The notes beneath the pieces are model-generated. The model had not been told where the DNA came from and did no database searches. It saw only the letters and a list, made by a program, of their open reading frames with translations. Shown piece by piece: positions 60,046 through 64,000 of a stretch of 64,000 nt of DNA; the first letter of the stretch is position 1; each line of letters starts with the position of its first letter. The DNA is from an uncultured Planctomycetaceae bacterium (lineage in GTDB: Bacteria; Planctomycetota; Planctomycetia; Pirellulales; Thermoguttaceae), in assembly GCA_963768195.1 (NCBI GenBank), contig CAVYHA010000001.1:321338-385337 (forward strand). Reading direction: 5' to 3'. Position numbers and translations under genes: made by a program.

Positions 60046-60412
60046 CCAGGAGGCAGGCAATCATGCCGAACTCAACGACCCAGATGTTCTCGACCGGGTC
60101 CTTCAACGGCCCCAGAAAAGCGACGGCGATCACGATGTGGGCGAACGCCAGCCAGTCGGTGCCATACGCGAGGAATGGGTACTCGCGAGCGGTGATTTCG
60201 AGGGCCTCGCGGACGTGCGACAGCCAATATGCCAAGCCCGGCAAGGCAGCCCCGGCGGCAGTCCCTTCGCCGAACCAGGATGTCAGCAGCCGCAGTTCCC
60301 AACACAGTGGAAACGCGGTCAGCCCGCTCGCGACCAGTGCGATGACAAATAGACTCAACACAAGGCGGATGTTCAACAGGCGGCGTGCGGATTGGAGATC
60401 GGGCGTCGTCAT
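59885..60412 (-). CDS. Integral membrane protein, unknown function
   Basis: Start set at MTTPDLQ (60412). About 4-5 TM helices: LVLSLFVIALVASGLTAF, WLAFAHIVIAVAFLG, FGMIACLLVIPLALICG and FGVVGLIPLVIV. Confidence 0.6.
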   Translation of the reverse strand: MTTPDLQSARRLLNIRLVLSLFVIALVASGLTAFPLCWELRLLTSWFGEGTAAGAALPGLAYWLSHVREALEITAREYPFLAYGTDWLAFAHIVIAVAFLGPLKDPVENIWVVEFGMIACLLVIPLALICGPIRGIPIYWQLLDCSFGVVGLIPLVIVRRMILRLGQPPLEPQSV

Positions 60413-60494
60413 GGCGGTTCCCCTTGGCAGGCGGGGGTTTCTGAGTGCCAGTTTAGCCTGCTTCAACTCGTATGCACAGCAGGCCGATTGTTGG

Positions 60495-60578
60495 CGAAAA
60501 AGGGGACAGGCACCGTCGCCAAAAACGCTGTTTTGCGGAACGAAGCTTGATCGAGGCGACGAAGCCAGTCCCCATTTT
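60495..60578 (+). repeat. GGGAC-box palindromic element, long form
   Basis: AAAAAGGGGACAGGCACCGTCGCC...GGCGACGAAGCCAGTCCCCATTTT. It is the inverted counterpart of 12316-12405 and lies in a divergent intergenic region. Confidence 0.8.
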
Positions 60579-60648
60579 CAGGATAGGGATCGCTTTCTGA
60601 CACCCGTGTAGGCGGCTGCCCAACCGGCGGCAGAAAAGGAGGCTTGTC

Positions 60649-62037
60649 ATGCGAATCTGTTCCATCAGCTTGGGAAAGAAGGGGCAAGTCTGGAAACTGG
60701 GGTTCCAGCTTGCGGTGTCGGCCGCGGTGATCGTGTTGGCGCTCGCGCTGTTCGTTTATCCGGCGATCACCATCTGCGCCGTCGTGATGGACCCGCAACT
60801 GAGACAGACCGGCGAGAGCCGATTTGTGCCCGAGTGGTTTGAGTCGGCCGCGCCGCGATTCATTTCGTGGGCGAACATGTACCTGGACACGAACTACGGA
60901 CAGTCAGTCTCTCACGACAACATTCCCGCCACGGAATGGCCCATGTTCGGCGCGGTGTTCGTTCTGGTGACCGCTGAAGACCTGCAAAGACAGGGCAAGA
61001 TCGACGCAAGGCGGGGAACCGTTCGCGAGGCGGTTGACAAGGCGGCCGAGATCGTCGCTTCGCCGGCGACGGGCACCTGGGTGAAGACAAAATGGGGCGA
61101 CGGCTATCGGGAAAAAGAGAACGTGTTCTATCGAATGCTGCTGATCCTCGGTCTGTCGTCCTACGAGACGATCACCGGAAACACGCAGTATCGCGAAATG
61201 ATGTCTCACCAGCGGCTAACGCTGGCCGACGAGTTGGCCGGCGCCAAACTGCACCTGCGGGACGACTATCCCGGCGAGTGCTATCCGGCCGACATGCTTT
61301 GGGCGGTGGCCGCGATTCAGCGTGCGGCACGGCTGGAAAACACGCGCCACGACGAGCTGGCCGCAAGTCTGATTGCGGCGTTCGATGGACCGTTGAAGGC
61401 GCCGGAGGGGTTGCCCGCGTTTCAGGCCAACTCCAGATCGGGCCTGATGATTCAGGGGCGCGCGGTTGTGCCAACTCGGGCATACTCCTGTTTACCGCCG
61501 AACTGGACCCGGCGGTCGCGGGGCGTTGGTACGAGGCCTACGAAAAAAACTACTGGAAAGACACCGGCTGGATCGCCGGCTTCAGGGAGATGCCCCGCAA
61601 ATGGCACGGCGACTTCATGGACGTTGACTCGGGGCCGGTGGTGTTCGGGTTCGGATCGGTGGCGTCGGCCTTCGGCATTGGGGCGGCCAAGACCGTCGGA
61701 CGGATCGACCACGCGGCGCCGCTGACGATGGAGGTGGTTGCCTCGTCGTGGCCGACGCCATTTGGACCACTGGTGCCCGGACTGATGGGCCGCCTGAGCG
61801 TCAAGAGTTGGAGTCTGGGCGAAGTGGCCCTTCTGTTCTCCATGACAAGACCCACTTACGTGGCGGACAAGATTCCGTTCCAAGGGGCCTGCGCCGCCGA
61901 TCGTGTGGGTACTCGTTGCCGGCTATGCGAGCCTGGGACTCTTCTTCATTGGTTTCGAGATCCGGAGTGTTCGTCGCCTGATTCGAGGGCATCGGGAAAT
62001 CAGCGCCCGCGGCAAGAGCCTGACGCGTAAATGCTAG
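60649..62037 (+). CDS. Hypothetical membrane-anchored protein (~460 aa); about 2 frame breaks (~61450, ~61880)
   Basis: N-terminal TM segment LAVSAAVIVLALALFVYPAITICAVV. NVFYRMLLILGLSSYE and DDYPGECYPADMLWAVAAIQRAARL. The second frame reads GILLFTAELDPAVAGRWYEAYEKNYW...VDSGPVVFGFGSVASAFG. The hand-read C-terminal TM segment is IVWVLVAGYASLGLFFIGF, with stop at 62035-62037. Confidence 0.55.
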
Positions 62038-62164
62038 GCAGGGGCCATGCCACTGCTTCGGCAGAATCGGTGCCGGGAAAAGGCGGAAAGACCCTGCTTA
62101 CAAGCAGGCAACGGCACAATGTCCACGGCGGCCCGTCATCCGGGCCGTTCGCGGCTTGCCCGGT

Positions 62165-64000
62165 TTATTCGCCTTTTGGCGTCACCGGTGCGCTCAGCAC
62201 CACCTTGCCCGCATCACGGTGCTCGCCCGGTTGCAGCGGTTCAATGCTGACGCACTTGCTGCTCCCGTGGCCGGCTGCCGCCGCGACTAGCAGGGGAATG
62301 CCGGGCAACACATTGTCGAGACGAAACCGACCGCCCGGGATCCGTTGGTCACCTCCGTGCTCCCGCGTAAGGTTGCTGTAGAACGCGTAGCGGAAGATCT
62401 CGGGTTCCTTAGTCGAAAGCTGCTTGACCTCCGGGACCAAGCTCACCTTGAGATACACCTGGGCGTCGGCCGGCTCGCCGTCTTCCGTGACCACCCGACC
62501 GGTGATCGTGCCCAGGGGCTGCATGCGGATTTCCATCGGCTCGGCTGGCGTCTTCGCCGTGATGTCATAGACCGCGCCCAGCTTCTGCTCCAGATTGAAC
62601 ATGAACACCCGCGTGGTGATGTCGGGATCCACGGCTTTGACGACGACCTTTCCCTCGGGGAAAGCCTCGCTGCTCTCCCAAACCTCGTTGTGGACCGCGC
62701 TCCGTCCCTCCCAAGCGGCGAGCACCGAGGAAAGATGCTCGCCGTCAGGCCCGACGGCCTGAAGCGTCACCGTGCGGCCGCGTGCGAGCCGCACGATGAC
62801 TTCCTTGTTGGAAGCGTCCGGCAACAGGTCGATCGGCGTGTAGCCCATCGGCCACGACCGCTTGTACCTAGACTGGACCCCGGCCAGCGGCGTGCGGATG
62901 TAGATCGGCTCGGGCGTCTCGACCGACAGATAGCCCGCGCCGCTCAGGCCCGTCAGCGTAAACCGGCCCTCCGCATCGGTGAGCACCGAGTTGCGGGACT
63001 CGTACGACAGGCCGGAACCCACTATTTTCGTGTTTGGATTCTTCGGCCCAGCATGGTACTGGACGCTTGCTCCGGCGACTGGCTTGCCGGTGGTGTCGTC
63101 CAGTACGCGGCCGCGAACGACGATGCCGCTGTGAAGCTTGAAGTCTTGGATCATGCTCTGGGCGTCCTTTGGCCAGCGGCCGCGGTCCACGTATGCGCCC
63201 AAGTAGCCGGAGTCGGGCGGAGGATAGACGGTAACGAAGTAGAGCTCGGCTGCCTTGTCGCTCACGCGATAATGCCCATCGGCATCGGTGTGCGTGTAGA
63301 TCTGCATGCCGCCACCTCGATTCATGGGGATTACCTCGACCAGCAGCGCGGGCAGCGGCCTTCCCGTGTCGGCCGCCGTGACCACGCCTTCGACGGGCCG
63401 CGGCGGGGACAGGATGTGGGTAAACGTCGGCGGCAACAGCGCGATCCCGAACGATCGGGTCAAGTCCGTCGCGCCCTGGCCCGTGTCGATCCTCACTTCC
63501 TCCCGTGCAAATGACGGATGCGTTAGATCGAGGACCAGGTGGCAGCCGACCGGCATGCCGGTTAAGGTGAAGCCGCCGTTGGGGCCAGTGCGGACCGGCC
63601 GCGGCCAGTAGGGCGGGTAGTCCTTTTCGGCCAGGAATTGATCGATTCCCCAATGCTCTTTTCCGCGGTTCAGATCGGTGAGCTTGACGACGACGTCTGC
63701 CGCGGGGCTACGATCGGGAGCCAAGAGGCGGCCTTCGATCAACACCATCGCGGGCAGGTGGATTTCCAGTTCCGCGGCCTTGCCGTCCCACGATTGCCGG
63801 GCCAGCCCGAAGTGTTTTGCCGCCACTACTATGTGGCCCTCTTCATCGCGGGGGGGCACCGAGTCGGTTTCAAGGACAAAGCGGCCGGCCGCGTCGGTTT
63901 GGCGCGGCTGAGGATGCGAAATTCCGGGTTCGGCTCCGACCGGCTTTTGGCCCGCTCTTCCATCGGTAAGGCGCTCCACGACGGGAGTCCCTTGGAGGCC
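62165..64000 (-). CDS. Secreted protein with repeated carboxypeptidase-regulatory-like (Ig-like) domains; the 5' end probably lies outside the window
   Basis: Recurrent modules: IEGRLLAPDRSPAADVVVKL, VEGVVTAADTGRPLPALLVEV, VRGRVLDDTTGKPVAGASVQY...DAEGRFTLTGL and ITGRVVTEDGEPADAQVYL. The frame stays open to the window edge. Confidence 0.5.
   Translation of the reverse strand, partial: GLQGTPVVERLTDGRAGQKPVGAEPGISHPQPRQTDAAGRFVLETDSVPPRDEEGHIVVAAKHFGLARQSWDGKAAELEIHLPAMVLIEGRLLAPDRSPAADVVVKLTDLNRGKEHWGIDQFLAEKDYPPYWPRPVRTGPNGGFTLTGMPVGCHLVLDLTHPSFAREEVRIDTGQGATDLTRSFGIALLPPTFTHILSPPRPVEGVVTAADTGRPLPALLVEVIPMNRGGGMQIYTHTDADGHYRVSDKAAELYFVTVYPPPDSGYLGAYVDRGRWPKDAQSMIQDFKLHSGIVVRGRVLDDTTGKPVAGASVQYHAGPKNPNTKIVGSGLSYESRNSVLTDAEGRFTLTGLSGAGYLSVETPEPIYIRTPLAGVQSRYKRSWPMGYTPIDLLPDASNKEVIVRLARGRTVTLQAVGPDGEHLSSVLAAWEGRSAVHNEVWESSEAFPEGKVVVKAVDPDITTRVFMFNLEQKLGAVYDITAKTPAEPMEIRMQPLGTITGRVVTEDGEPADAQVYLKVSLVPEVKQLSTKEPEIFRYAFYSNLTREHGGDQRIPGGRFRLDNVLPGIPLLVAAAAGHGSSKCVSIEPLQPGEHRDAGKVVLSAPVTPKGE

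Overview
High-GC bacterial chromosome segment. Gene content and repeat families suggest a Planctomycetota/Pirellulales-like organism; this is an inference, no search was run.

Layout, left to right:
- Two PAS-type two-component sensors, sppA and a sugar-phosphate isomerase.
- A conserved block: SRP RNA, dnaX, ybaB, recR, then rpoN.
- A PEP-CTERM repeat protein cassette, apt and bamA.
- A fused double M16 peptidase and a 664-aa unknown ORF with AceK-like kinase motifs.
- A histidine kinase with two response regulators, a GH2-like hydrolase and a TPR lipoprotein.
- A ~4.8 kb low-GC islet integrated at tRNA-Ala(TGC), bounded by perfect 162-bp direct repeats. It carries a decayed tyrosine recombinase and a GT-C glycosyltransferase.
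- DUF2784, a REC protein, an M28/PDZ peptidase, yjbQ, a TAT-exported isomerase, an S1 protease and rmuC.
- Two secreted or low-complexity hypotheticals.
- Two FGE/SUMF1 paralogs and three tandem GT-C + TPR glycosyltransferases, two of which share a near-identical ~1.25 kb duplication.
- A TadE-TadG(vWA)-TadE triad.
- A membrane protein, a winged-helix regulator and a B12-radical-SAM gene that share a palindromic operator-like site.
- Further membrane and hypothetical genes and a partial CarboxypepD_reg-like gene.

No rRNA, CRISPR array, transposase or recognisable defence gene was seen.

Main caveat: many core genes (dnaX, recR, rpoN, bamA, sppA and others) need single-base frame corrections. 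These are densest in the first 10 kb and most likely reflect assembly indels, so coordinates for those genes are hand-stitched reconstructions.

Candidates most worth follow-up:
- the operator-linked radical-SAM module (57.2-60 kb);
- the AceK-like ORF (19.1-21.1 kb);
- the tRNA-Ala islet, whose cargo is homologous to the chromosomal GT-C/TPR array;
- two families of interspersed palindromic elements;
- the orphan Tad/vWA triad.

None of these is demonstrated to be a new system from sequence alone.
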